Of a stretch of 64,000 nucleotides of DNA, positions 26,683 to 36,827 are shown one piece after another (position 1 is the first letter of the stretch; each line of letters starts with the position of its first letter). The notes beneath the pieces were generated by a model. It did no database searches and was not told where the DNA came from. It worked only from the letters and a program-made list of their open reading frames with translations. The DNA comes from Escherichia coli (GTDB lineage: Bacteria > Pseudomonadota > Gammaproteobacteria > Enterobacterales > Enterobacteriaceae), in assembly GCF_003790525.1 (NCBI RefSeq), contig NZ_CP033635.1. The stretch is one strand, 5' to 3'. Both the position numbers and the translations under genes were made by a program.

Positions 26683-27687
26683 GTGCTGATCATGTCGATT
26701 AAGCAACTCAAAGACGGACGTTATCAGGTTGATGTAAGGCCTCAGGGGGCGGGAGGAAGGCGGATTCGTAAGATTTTCACCCTGAAATCAAAGGCGCAGG
26801 AATTCGAAAGATACGTTCTTCAGAATTTCCACAATAACCCGTGGCAGGCAAGGCCCGCCGATCAACGGCGGTTATCAGAACTGATTGAGGTGTGGTGGAT
26901 GCTTGATGGTCGTAATCAGGCATATGGTGATACCTACAGAACCAGACTGGAGAAGGTGATACGTGAAATGGGGGACCCGCGCGCCAGCCAGATGACACGA
27001 AAATTCGTGATTGAGTATCGCTCGGATAAGTTGCAGGCGGGACTGATGCCGTCCAGTATCAATCGCGACCTGTGCGCCTTATCTGCGATGTTTTCGTTGT
27101 TAATTGACGCGGAGGTTTATCATAACGAAAACCCTGTGCGCGGAATACGTAAACTCAAGGTTCAGAATACAGAAATGGCCTTTCTTTCAGATGACGAGAT
27201 TGATCGCCTTCTGAAACGGCTTGAGGGTGATGCACGACGCATTGCCATTCTGTGCCTTTCGACCGGGGCCAGATGGAAAGAGGCGTCAACGCTTCGCGGG
27301 GAACACATCGTGGGTAACAGGGTGACGTTCTTTAACACAAAGAACGGGAAATCGCGCTCGGTTCCTGTAGCTGATTCCGTTGTGCCGTTAATTAAAACCC
27401 GCCGGACCGGCCTGTTATATCAGGTTGATTATCTCAGTTTCAGGGAGATCCTTCAGGAGGTGAAGCCCGACTTACCCAAAGGGCAGGCCACGCATGTCAT
27501 GCGGCACACGTTCGCCACGCATTTCATGATGAACGGCGGGAACATCGTCACGTTGCAGAGGATCCTGGGTCACGCCACGATTCAGCAAACGATGACGTAT
27601 GCGCATTTTTCACCGGACTTTTTACAGGATGCGATCAGCTTTAATCCGCTGGCTGAAAGTGTCCATAAACTGTCCATCGACCAGTAA
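26683..27687 (+). CDS. int: tyrosine integrase (P2 Int-like)
   Basis: 334-aa ORF; C-terminal HxxRHT and Y motifs (ATHVMRHTFATH ... MTYAHF); terminal position in the prophage. Confidence 0.85.
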   Translation: MLIMSIKQLKDGRYQVDVRPQGAGGRRIRKIFTLKSKAQEFERYVLQNFHNNPWQARPADQRRLSELIEVWWMLDGRNQAYGDTYRTRLEKVIREMGDPRASQMTRKFVIEYRSDKLQAGLMPSSINRDLCALSAMFSLLIDAEVYHNENPVRGIRKLKVQNTEMAFLSDDEIDRLLKRLEGDARRIAILCLSTGARWKEASTLRGEHIVGNRVTFFNTKNGKSRSVPVADSVVPLIKTRRTGLLYQVDYLSFREILQEVKPDLPKGQATHVMRHTFATHFMMNGGNIVTLQRILGHATIQQTMTYAHFSPDFLQDAISFNPLAESVHKLSIDQ

Positions 27688-27799
27688 TTATTTGTGATAA
27701 TTTGCTCCCCTTGTTTTTGTTTACTTATTGAAAAATAAGGAAATCAGCAAGAGGAGTAAGTACCGTTAAATCTCCTGCGGGCGCTTTTTTTGTCTCCCT
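27688..27799. other. putative prophage-chromosome junction (att region); core not identified
   Basis: Non-coding stretch between the int stop and the dmsA FNR site; the other prophage end is outside the window. Confidence 0.3.
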
Positions 27800-27813
27800 T
27801 TGATACCGAACAA
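27800..27813 (+). promoter_or_regulatory. FNR binding site of the dmsA promoter
   Basis: TTGAT-ACCG-AACAA read directly, matching the FNR consensus TTGAT-N4-ATCAA; dmsABC is FNR-activated. Confidence 0.5.
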
Positions 27814-27983
27814 TAATTACTCCTCACTTACACGTAATACTACTTTCGAGTGAAAATCTACCTATCTCTTTGATTTTCAAATTATTCGATATATACAAGC
27901 CTATATAGCGACCTGCTATAGAAATAATTACACAATACGGTTTGTTACTGGAATCAATCGTGAGCAAGCTTGAGTGAGCCATT

Positions 27984-30428
27984 ATGAAAACGAAAATCCC
28001 TGATGCGGTATTGGCTGCTGAGGTGAGTCGCCGTGGTTTGGTAAAAACGACAGCGATCGGCGGCCTGGCAATGGCCAGCAGCGCATTAACATTACCTTTT
28101 AGTCGGATTGCGCACGCTGTTGATAGTGCCCTTCCGGCAAAGTCAGACGAAAAGGTAATCTGGAGCGCCTGTACAGTTAACTGTGGTAGCCGCTGCCCGC
28201 TACGTATGCACGTTGTGGACGGTGAAATTAAATATGTTGAAACGGATAATACCGGCGATGACAACTATGACGGCCTGCACCAGGTGCGCGCCTGTCTGCG
28301 TGGGCGTTCCATGCGTCGCCGTGTCTACAATCCGGACCGCCTGAAATATCCGATGAAACGAGTCGGGGCGCGCGGTGAAGGCAAATTCGAGCGCATTAGC
28401 TGGGAAGAAGCCTACGACATCATCGCGACCAATATGCAGCGCCTGATCAAAGAGTACGGCAACGAGTCTATCTATCTGAACTATGGTACCGGTACGCTGG
28501 GCGGCACCATGACCCGCTCCTGGCCGCCGGGAAATACCCTGGTCGCTCGCCTGATGAACTGCTGCGGCGGTTATCTGAACCATTACGGTGACTACTCTTC
28601 CGCGCAAATTGCGGAAGGTTTGAACTATACCTACGGCGGCTGGGCAGATGGTAACAGCCCGTCGGATATCGAAAACAGTAAACTGGTAGTGCTGTTTGGT
28701 AATAACCCTGGCGAAACGCGAATGAGTGGCGGTGGGGTGACTTACTATCTTGAACAGGCGCGCCAGAAATCTAATGCTCGCATGATCATCATCGATCCGC
28801 GCTATACCGACACCGGTGCCGGGCGCGAAGATGAGTGGATCCCTATTCGTCCGGGAACAGATGCCGCACTGGTTAACGGTCTGGCGTATGTCATGATCAC
28901 CGAAAACCTGGTGGATCAGGCATTCCTCGATAAATATTGCGTTGGCTACGACGAGAAAACACTGCCAGCCAGTGCGCCGAAAAATGGTCACTATAAAGCT
29001 TATATTCTGGGTGAAGGGCCAGATGGCGTGGCTAAAACGCCGGAATGGGCCTCGCAAATCACTGGTGTTCCGGCAGACAAAATCATCAAATTGGCTCGTG
29101 AAATCGGTAGTACCAAACCGGCGTTTATCAGCCAGGGATGGGGCCCGCAGCGTCACGCTAACGGTGAAATCGCAACCCGTGCTATCTCGATGCTGGCGAT
29201 TCTGACCGGTAACGTTGGTATTAACGGAGGCAACAGCGGCGCGCGTGAAGGTTCATACAGCTTACCGTTTGTCCGTATGCCGACCCTCGAAAACCCGATC
29301 CAGACCAGCATTTCGATGTTTATGTGGACCGATGCCATTGAACGTGGCCCGGAAATGACAGCGCTGCGTGATGGTGTGCGCGGGAAAGATAAGCTGGATG
29401 TGCCGATCAAAATGATCTGGAACTATGCCGGTAACTGCCTGATTAATCAGCATTCTGAAATCAACCGTACCCATGAAATCCTTCAGGATGATAAGAAGTG
29501 CGAGCTGATTGTGGTTATCGACTGCCACATGACCTCATCGGCGAAATATGCTGACATCCTGCTGCCTGACTGCACCGCTTCAGAACAGATGGACTTTGCA
29601 CTGGATGCATCCTGCGGGAATATGTCTTACGTGATTTTCAACGATCAGGTGATTAAACCGCGCTTTGAATGTAAGACCATCTATGAAATGACCAGCGAAC
29701 TGGCAAAACGTCTTGGCGTTGAGCAACAATTTACTGAGGGCCGTACCCAGGAAGAGTGGATGCGGCATCTGTATGCCCAGTCGCGGGAAGCGATTCCTGA
29801 ACTGCCAACGTTTGAAGAGTTCCGTAAGCAGGGGATCTTTAAAAAGCGCGACCCACAAGGGCATCACGTTGCTTATAAAGCTTTCCGTGAAGATCCGCAG
29901 GCAAATCCACTGACCACGCCATCGGGGAAAATTGAGATTTATTCGCAGGCGCTGGCTGACATTGCCGCGACCTGGGAATTGCCAGAAGGTGATGTGATCG
30001 ATCCACTGCCGATCTACACGCCGGGCTTTGAAAGTTATCAGGATCCGCTGAACAAACAGTATCCGCTGCAGCTTACGGGTTTCCACTATAAATCTCGCGT
30101 TCACTCAACTTACGGCAACGTTGATGTGCTGAAAGCAGCTTGCCGTCAGGAAATGTGGATCAACCCGCTTGATGCGCAAAAACGCGGTATCAACAACGGC
30201 GATAAAGTCAGGATCTTTAACGATCGTGGTGAGGTTCATATTGAGGCGAAAGTGACGCCACGAATGATGCCGGGTGTGGTCGCACTGGGTGAAGGTGCCT
30301 GGTATGACCCGGATACAAAACGTGTCGATAAGGGCGGTTGTATCAACGTACTGACCACTCAACGTCCGTCTCCTCTCGCTAAGGGGAATCCGTCACATAC
30401 AAACCTTGTTCAGGTTGAAAAGGTGTAA
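27984..30428 (+). CDS. dmsA: anaerobic DMSO reductase catalytic subunit A
   Basis: 814 aa; Tat-type signal (SRRGLVKTTAIGGLAMA), molybdopterin oxidoreductase; conserved dmsABC order. Confidence 0.95.
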   Translation: MKTKIPDAVLAAEVSRRGLVKTTAIGGLAMASSALTLPFSRIAHAVDSALPAKSDEKVIWSACTVNCGSRCPLRMHVVDGEIKYVETDNTGDDNYDGLHQVRACLRGRSMRRRVYNPDRLKYPMKRVGARGEGKFERISWEEAYDIIATNMQRLIKEYGNESIYLNYGTGTLGGTMTRSWPPGNTLVARLMNCCGGYLNHYGDYSSAQIAEGLNYTYGGWADGNSPSDIENSKLVVLFGNNPGETRMSGGGVTYYLEQARQKSNARMIIIDPRYTDTGAGREDEWIPIRPGTDAALVNGLAYVMITENLVDQAFLDKYCVGYDEKTLPASAPKNGHYKAYILGEGPDGVAKTPEWASQITGVPADKIIKLAREIGSTKPAFISQGWGPQRHANGEIATRAISMLAILTGNVGINGGNSGAREGSYSLPFVRMPTLENPIQTSISMFMWTDAIERGPEMTALRDGVRGKDKLDVPIKMIWNYAGNCLINQHSEINRTHEILQDDKKCELIVVIDCHMTSSAKYADILLPDCTASEQMDFALDASCGNMSYVIFNDQVIKPRFECKTIYEMTSELAKRLGVEQQFTEGRTQEEWMRHLYAQSREAIPELPTFEEFRKQGIFKKRDPQGHHVAYKAFREDPQANPLTTPSGKIEIYSQALADIAATWELPEGDVIDPLPIYTPGFESYQDPLNKQYPLQLTGFHYKSRVHSTYGNVDVLKAACRQEMWINPLDAQKRGINNGDKVRIFNDRGEVHIEAKVTPRMMPGVVALGEGAWYDPDTKRVDKGGCINVLTTQRPSPLAKGNPSHTNLVQVEKV

Positions 30429-30438
30429 GGAGTAACCG

Positions 30439-31056
30439 ATGACAACCCAGTATGGATTTTTTATTGATTCCAGCCGTTGCACCGGTTGCAAAACCTGCGA
30501 GCTGGCCTGTAAAGACTACAAAGATTTGACGCCAGAAGTCAGTTTCCGCCGCATTTATGAATATGCTGGCGGCGACTGGCAGGAAGATAACGGTGTCTGG
30601 CACCAGAACGTGTTTGCCTACTATCTGTCGATTTCATGTAACCACTGCGAAGATCCGGCTTGTACTAAAGTCTGCCCGAGCGGTGCGATGCATAAACGTG
30701 AAGATGGTTTTGTTGTGGTCGATGAAGATGTGTGCATTGGCTGCCGCTACTGCCATATGGCTTGCCCGTATGGCGCACCGCAATATAACGAAACGAAAGG
30801 CCGTATGACCAAATGCGATGGTTGTTATGACCGTGTTGCGGAGGGGAAAAAGCCGATCTGTGTTGAATCTTGCCCGCTGCGGGCGCTGGATTTCGGCCCT
30901 ATCGACGAGCTGCGTAAAAAACATGGCGATCTGGCGGCCGTTGCGCCGTTGCCGCGAGCTCACTTTACCAAACCGAATATTGTGATCAAACCCAATGCCA
31001 ACAGCCGCCCGACCGGGGATACCACTGGCTATCTGGCAAACCCGAAGGAGGTGTGA
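30439..31056 (+). CDS. dmsB: DMSO reductase iron-sulfur subunit B
   Basis: 205 aa with four Cys-x2-Cys-x2-Cys-x3-Cys-Pro ferredoxin motifs. Confidence 0.95.
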   Translation: MTTQYGFFIDSSRCTGCKTCELACKDYKDLTPEVSFRRIYEYAGGDWQEDNGVWHQNVFAYYLSISCNHCEDPACTKVCPSGAMHKREDGFVVVDEDVCIGCRYCHMACPYGAPQYNETKGRMTKCDGCYDRVAEGKKPICVESCPLRALDFGPIDELRKKHGDLAAVAPLPRAHFTKPNIVIKPNANSRPTGDTTGYLANPKEV

Positions 31057-31057
31057 G

Positions 31058-31921
31058 ATGGGAAGTGGATGGCATGAATGGCCGCTGATGATCTTCACGG
31101 TCTTCGGGCAATGTGTAGCGGGTGGTTTTATCGTTCTGGCTTTGGCGCTGCTCAAAGGCGACCTGCGAGCAGAAGCCCAGCAGCGTGTTATTGCCTGCAT
31201 GTTTGGTTTATGGGTGCTGATGGGCATTGGCTTTATCGCCTCTATGCTTCATCTTGGTTCACCGATGCGCGCCTTTAACTCGCTCAACCGGGTAGGGGCT
31301 TCAGCACTCAGTAACGAAATCGCCAGCGGTTCGATCTTTTTTGCTGTTGGTGGCATCGGCTGGTTACTGGCAATGCTGAAAAAGCTGTCACCGGCATTGC
31401 GTACGCTGTGGCTGGTGGTGACGATGGTTCTTGGCGTCATCTTTGTCTGGATGATGGTGCGTGTCTATAACAGCATCGATACCGTACCTACCTGGTACAG
31501 CATCTGGACGCCGATGGGCTTCTTCCTGACGATGTTTATGGGCGGCCCGTTACTGGGTTACCTGTTGTTGAGTCTGGCTGGCGTCGATGGCTGGGCGATG
31601 CGTCTGCTGCCAGCAATTTCTGTACTGGCACTGGTAGTGAGTGGCGTGATGTCAGTGATGCAGGGCGCAGAGCTGGCGACTATTCATAGTTCTGTGCAGC
31701 AGGCCGCAGCGCTGGTGCCGGACTATGGTGCGCTGATGTCCTGGCGGATCGTGCTTTTGGCCGTTGCCCTGTGCTTGTGGATTGCACCACAGCTAAAAGG
31801 TTATCAGCCTGCGGTTCCGCTACTTTCTGTATCATTCATTCTGCTTCTGGCAGGGGAATTAATCGGTCGCGGCGTATTCTATGGTTTGCATATGACCGTG
31901 GGGATGACCGTCGCAAGCTAA
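31058..31921 (+). CDS. dmsC: DMSO reductase membrane anchor subunit C
   Basis: ORF 30995-31921; start placed at MGSGWHEWPLMIF (287 aa); polytopic membrane protein. Confidence 0.9.
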   Translation: MGSGWHEWPLMIFTVFGQCVAGGFIVLALALLKGDLRAEAQQRVIACMFGLWVLMGIGFIASMLHLGSPMRAFNSLNRVGASALSNEIASGSIFFAVGGIGWLLAMLKKLSPALRTLWLVVTMVLGVIFVWMMVRVYNSIDTVPTWYSIWTPMGFFLTMFMGGPLLGYLLLSLAGVDGWAMRLLPAISVLALVVSGVMSVMQGAELATIHSSVQQAAALVPDYGALMSWRIVLLAVALCLWIAPQLKGYQPAVPLLSVSFILLLAGELIGRGVFYGLHMTVGMTVAS

Positions 31922-31956
31922 TCAGTAACAACCGGGGTTTCGGCCCCGGTTCTCTT

Positions 31957-32583
31957 TTATTTCTGCTTCGTTAACGTGTCATAACTGGTCATCAAATTAC
32001 GATAATCAGGAATGTGGTTAGAGAACAACGTCGCCAGTCCTTCAATATCATTACGCCAGTCACGGTGCAGCTCGCAAGCCACGCCGAACCATGTCATCAA
32101 TTGCGCACCTGCTTGCGACATGCGATCCCATGCCGAATGCCGGGTAATTTCATTAAAGGTCCCTGAGGCGTCAGTCACGACAAAGACGTCAAACCCTTCT
32201 TCAATGGCTGAAAGCGCCGGGAATGCCACGCAAACTTCAGTTACCACACCGGCAATAATTAACTGTTTTTTACCTGTCGCTTTGACTGCTTTTACAAAAT
32301 CTTCGTTATCCCAGGCGTTAATATTTCCCGGGCGAGCAATGTAAGGTGCATCGGGGAATTGTGCTTTCAGTTCTGGAACTAATGGACCGTTAGGACCGGT
32401 TTCAAAACTGGTGGTAAGAATAGTTGGTAAGTTAAAATACTTAGCCAGGTCACCCAGCGCCAGCACGTTATTTTTAAACTTATCGGGTTCGATATCCCGT
32501 ACAAGGGAAAGTAAACCAGCCTGGTGATCAACAAGCAAAACGGCAGCATCATTTTTATCAAGACGAACATACGGTTTGGTCAT
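31957..32583 (-). CDS. ycaC: isochorismatase-family hydrolase YcaC
   Basis: 208-aa ORF recognised as YcaC; conserved position. Confidence 0.9.
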   Translation of the reverse strand: MTKPYVRLDKNDAAVLLVDHQAGLLSLVRDIEPDKFKNNVLALGDLAKYFNLPTILTTSFETGPNGPLVPELKAQFPDAPYIARPGNINAWDNEDFVKAVKATGKKQLIIAGVVTEVCVAFPALSAIEEGFDVFVVTDASGTFNEITRHSAWDRMSQAGAQLMTWFGVACELHRDWRNDIEGLATLFSNHIPDYRNLMTSYDTLTKQK

Positions 32584-32897
32584 CCTCTTCTCCTTTCGAG
32601 AGTCAGTGGTACGTCTGAAATCGGTCAGACGCGATGCATTGCTCTGAAAGCATAGACGGGAAATATGAGTTTGCTGTGACCATGAAATTTTTCGACTGAA
32701 CGAAGCGTATGAAATTTGTGTTAGATCAATAAAAACAATCAGATGAGATTAATCGTCTCTCCAGCATTAGCGTTATGAATGAGTAATATAAATCGATAAT
32801 ACCTCAGCTGCGATATGCGCGTATTTTCACCCATTGACAATGTTTTTGGCGGTGGCATGATGCGCATGAAATTTGAACTTCCTCACGGTTTTAATTC

Positions 32898-34046
32898 ATG
32901 TCCACGTATACCCGGCCTGTCATGCTTTTGCTGTCTGGCCTGCTTTTGTTGACTCTGGCGATTGCGGTGTTAAATACACTCGTGCCGCTTTGGCTCGCCC
33001 AGGAACACATGTCCACATGGCAGGTAGGCGTTGTCAGCTCATCCTATTTTACCGGCAACCTGGTCGGTACATTGCTGACAGGGTATGTCATTAAGCGCAT
33101 TGGCTTTAACCGCAGCTATTATCTGGCCTCCTTCATTTTTGCCGCTGGCTGTGCCGGCCTTGGCCTGATGATTGGATTCTGGAGCTGGTTGGCTTGGCGT
33201 TTTGTCGCCGGCGTCGGCTGTGCCATGATTTGGGTGGTTGTTGAGAGCGCGCTGATGTGCAGTGGGACGTCACGTAACCGTGGGCGTTTGCTTGCTGCGT
33301 ATATGATGGTTTATTACGTGGGAACGTTTTTAGGCCAGTTACTGGTCAGCAAAGTTTCAACCGAGCTGATGTCCGTATTGCCGTGGGTTACAGGTTTGAC
33401 GTTGGCAGGGATCTTACCGCTGTTGTTTACGCGTGTGCTGAATCAGCAGGCTGAAAACCATGATTCGACGTCAATTACGTCAATGCTAAAACTCCGTCAG
33501 GCGCGGCTTGGCGTGAATGGCTGCATTATCTCAGGAATCGTTCTGGGATCTCTATATGGCCTGATGCCGCTGTACCTCAATCACAAAGGGGTGAGCAATG
33601 CCAGCATTGGTTTCTGGATGGCGGTACTGGTCAGTGCGGGTATCCTTGGACAATGGCCGATTGGACGTCTGGCGGATAAGTTTGGTCGACTGCTGGTGTT
33701 GCGTGTTCAGGTCTTTGTCGTCATTCTCGGCAGTATCGCGATGCTTAGCCAGGCGGCGATGGCCCCAGCGTTATTCATCCTCGGTGCCGCTGGCTTTACG
33801 CTATATCCGGTGGCGATGGCATGGGCTTGCGAGAAAGTTGAACATCATCAACTGGTGGCGATGAACCAGGCCTTACTGTTGAGCTATACCGTGGGAAGTC
33901 TGCTTGGCCCGTCATTTACTGCCATGCTAATGCAGAATTTCTCCGATAATTTATTGTTTATCATGATCGCCAGCGTATCGTTTATCTATTTGCTGATGCT
34001 GCTTCGCAACGCCGGTCATACGCCGAAACCCGTTGCTCACGTGTAA
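32898..34046 (+). CDS. ycaD: MFS transporter YcaD
   Basis: 382-aa polytopic membrane protein; conserved position. Confidence 0.9.
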   Translation: MSTYTRPVMLLLSGLLLLTLAIAVLNTLVPLWLAQEHMSTWQVGVVSSSYFTGNLVGTLLTGYVIKRIGFNRSYYLASFIFAAGCAGLGLMIGFWSWLAWRFVAGVGCAMIWVVVESALMCSGTSRNRGRLLAAYMMVYYVGTFLGQLLVSKVSTELMSVLPWVTGLTLAGILPLLFTRVLNQQAENHDSTSITSMLKLRQARLGVNGCIISGIVLGSLYGLMPLYLNHKGVSNASIGFWMAVLVSAGILGQWPIGRLADKFGRLLVLRVQVFVVILGSIAMLSQAAMAPALFILGAAGFTLYPVAMAWACEKVEHHQLVAMNQALLLSYTVGSLLGPSFTAMLMQNFSDNLLFIMIASVSFIYLLMLLRNAGHTPKPVAHV

Positions 34047-34255
34047 ATGAATTAACGCAGAGTGTGAACTTACTGTTTCACACTCTGTTTTTTTGTTTCT
34101 TCTATCTGACTTGCTTTTTTCAAAATTTTATTCGTTTCAAAATAAAATGTGCAGCAGGTTATAATTTTGCATTTCGCTATTTCCGCACTTCTTATTTGCC
34201 GCGCATAATCCCTCGTTTTACAGATGCCCCTTTACTTTTGGCGAAGGATTTGTCT

Positions 34256-35686
34256 ATGGCTGGGAATGTTCAGGAAAAACAGCTGCGATGGTACAACATT
34301 GCGCTGATGTCTTTTATCACTGTCTGGGGTTTTGGCAACGTTGTTAATAACTACGCCAACCAGGGGCTGGTGGTTGTTTTTTCATGGGTGTTTATCTTTG
34401 CGCTCTATTTCACACCTTATGCGCTAATTGTTGGTCAGTTAGGCTCGACCTTCAAAGATGGGAAGGGCGGGGTCAGTACCTGGATTAAACACACGATGGG
34501 ACCCGGACTGGCTTACCTCGCCGCGTGGACCTACTGGGTAGTGCATATTCCCTATCTGGCACAAAAACCCCAGGCAATACTGATTGCGCTCGGTTGGGCG
34601 ATGAAAGGCGACGGTTCGTTAATCAAAGAATATTCAGTCGTAGCGTTACAGGGGTTAACGCTGGTGCTGTTTATCTTCTTTATGTGGGTTGCTTCACGCG
34701 GTATGAAATCGCTGAAAATCGTCGGTTCTGTGGCAGGGATTGCGATGTTTGTTATGTCGCTCCTGTATGTGGCGATGGCGGTAACCGCGCCTGCGATTAC
34801 TGAAGTGCATATTGCGACCACAAACATTACCTGGGAAACGTTCATTCCTCATATCGACTTTACCTACATCACCACTATTTCAATGCTGGTTTTCGCGGTT
34901 GGCGGAGCAGAGAAGATTTCTCCTTACGTTAATCAAACGCGCAACCCAGGAAAAGAATTTCCAAAAGGGATGTTATGCCTGGCGGTGATGGTTGCGGTTT
35001 GTGCCATTCTGGGCTCGCTGGCGATGGGGATGATGTTTGATTCGCGTAATATCCCGGATGACTTAATGACTAACGGTCAGTATTACGCCTTTCAGAAACT
35101 GGGCGAGTATTACAACATGGGTAATACTTTAATGGTGATTTACGCCATTGCGAATACCCTGGGACAAGTAGCTGCGCTGGTATTCTCGATTGATGCGCCG
35201 CTTAAAGTACTATTAGGCGATGCTGATAGCAAATATATTCCAGCCAGTTTATGTCGTACCAACGCTTCTGGTACGCCCGTTAATGGCTATTTTCTGACCC
35301 TGGTGCTGGTGGCGATCCTGATTATGCTGCCGACGCTGGGTATCGGCGATATGAATAATCTCTACAAGTGGTTGCTGAATCTTAACTCGGTGGTGATGCC
35401 ACTACGTTATCTGTGGGTATTTGTTGCATTTATTGCAGTCGTTCGTCTGGCGCAGAAATATAAACCAGAGTATGTCTTTATTCGTAACAGGCCGCTGGCG
35501 ATGACTGTCGGGATCTGGTGTTTTACCTTTACCGCTTTTGCCTGCCTGACAGGGATCTTCCCGAAAATGGAAGCCTTCACTGCAGAGTGGACCTTCCAGT
35601 TAGCGCTGAATGTTGCAACGCCGTTTGTCCTGGTTGGACTGGGGCTGATATTCCCGCTGCTGGCGCGTAAAGCGAATAGTAAATAA
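34256..35686 (+). CDS. ycaM: APC-family amino acid transporter YcaM
   Basis: ORF 34064-35686; start placed at MAGNVQEKQL (476 aa). Confidence 0.85.
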   Translation: MAGNVQEKQLRWYNIALMSFITVWGFGNVVNNYANQGLVVVFSWVFIFALYFTPYALIVGQLGSTFKDGKGGVSTWIKHTMGPGLAYLAAWTYWVVHIPYLAQKPQAILIALGWAMKGDGSLIKEYSVVALQGLTLVLFIFFMWVASRGMKSLKIVGSVAGIAMFVMSLLYVAMAVTAPAITEVHIATTNITWETFIPHIDFTYITTISMLVFAVGGAEKISPYVNQTRNPGKEFPKGMLCLAVMVAVCAILGSLAMGMMFDSRNIPDDLMTNGQYYAFQKLGEYYNMGNTLMVIYAIANTLGQVAALVFSIDAPLKVLLGDADSKYIPASLCRTNASGTPVNGYFLTLVLVAILIMLPTLGIGDMNNLYKWLLNLNSVVMPLRYLWVFVAFIAVVRLAQKYKPEYVFIRNRPLAMTVGIWCFTFTAFACLTGIFPKMEAFTAEWTFQLALNVATPFVLVGLGLIFPLLARKANSK

Positions 35687-35852
35687 TTATTGTGGTCGGT
35701 GACGCTGACTCTGGCAGATCTGACCCGTTTTTACATAATCGAGAAATGCGCGCAAGCCGCAGGACATATACTGGCGGTTTGGGTAATACATTTGGAAGCT
35801 GTGCTGTAAGGGCGCTAGAAATAGAGCCCTGAATTATTTATGCAGCACGGAA

Positions 35853-35883
35853 TAAAAAAGCGGCAACTCAATAAAGTTGCCGC
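35853..35883 (-). terminator. pflA rho-independent terminator
   Basis: GCGGCAACT-caataa-AGTTGCCGC stem with a U-run on the minus strand, just downstream of the pflA stop. Confidence 0.6.
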
Positions 35884-35895
35884 TTTACGGGGAAA

Positions 35896-36636
35896 TTAGA
35901 ACATTACCTTATGACCGTACTGCTCAAGAATGCTTTTCACGCGTTCCATGGTCTCTTTCTTCGGTGGTTTAACACCATCAAGTTTGTATTCTTCACCCAT
36001 CGCCACCCATTTGTGTTTGCCCAGCTCGTGGTAGGGGAGAAGCTCGATTTTCTCAACGTTGCCCATATCACGGGTAAATTCACCGAGGCGATGCGCTGAA
36101 TCGTCATCGTCAGACCAGCCAGGGACAACAACGTAGCGGATCCACACCTTAACATCTTTGTTCGCCAGATATTTAGCGAACTCCAGTGTACGGTGGTTAG
36201 ATACGCCAACCAGATTCTGGTGAATTTCGTCGTTCATCTGTTTGAGATCGAGCATTACCAGGTCGGTTACTTCCAGCAGTTCATCAATCACCGGATCGTA
36301 ACGACGAACAAAACCGTTGGTATCCAGACAGGTATGAATGCCTTCTTTTTTGCAGGCGCGGAACCAGTCACGAACAAACTCAGCTTGCAGGATTGCTTCA
36401 CCGCCGGATGCGGTAACGCCGCCGCCGGAAGCGTTCATAAAGTGGCGATAGGTCACCACTTCCTTCATCAAATCTTCAACGGTAACTTCTTTACCGCCAT
36501 GCGTGTCCCAGGTGTCGCGGTTATGACAATACAGGCAGCGCATCAGGCAGCCCTGGAAAAAGGTGATAAAGCGAATACCCGGGCCGTCTACGGTTCCACA
36601 GGATTCAAAGGAGTGAATGCGACCAATAACTGACAT
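35896..36636 (-). CDS. pflA: pyruvate formate-lyase activating enzyme (radical SAM)
   Basis: ORF 35896-36663; start at [20 protein letters not shown] (246 aa); CxxxCxxC motif. Confidence 0.95.
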   Translation of the reverse strand: MSVIGRIHSFESCGTVDGPGIRFITFFQGCLMRCLYCHNRDTWDTHGGKEVTVEDLMKEVVTYRHFMNASGGGVTASGGEAILQAEFVRDWFRACKKEGIHTCLDTNGFVRRYDPVIDELLEVTDLVMLDLKQMNDEIHQNLVGVSNHRTLEFAKYLANKDVKVWIRYVVVPGWSDDDDSAHRLGEFTRDMGNVEKIELLPYHELGKHKWVAMGEEYKLDGVKPPKKETMERVKSILEQYGHKVMF

Positions 36637-36827
36637 TGCGGTGTTTCTCCAGATGTGGCCCATCTGAGGCCGTGTTGGTGCGCAGCTCGAAGGCTACGTC
36701 GAGTCTGTTTTGGCAGTCACCTTAAAGTATAGATAGCTGACAAAAAAGGCTCTCGTGCTAAAAAAGGCCCCACTTTCGTGGAGCCTTTATTGTACGCTTT
36801 TTACTGTACGATTTCAGTCAAATCTAA

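Noticed and set aside
27824-29156. Minus-strand ORFs (146 and 318 aa) overlapping the att region and dmsA
   Set aside because: Antisense to dmsA and its promoter; no support as genes
34064-34255. N-terminal extensions of the ycaM, dmsC, pflA, ycaO, ycaI, focA and other ORFs in the ORF track
   Set aside because: The extensions run into promoter or upstream-gene sequence and the known proteins start at internal Met (GTG for focA); treated as ORF-finder over-extension, not novel N-termini
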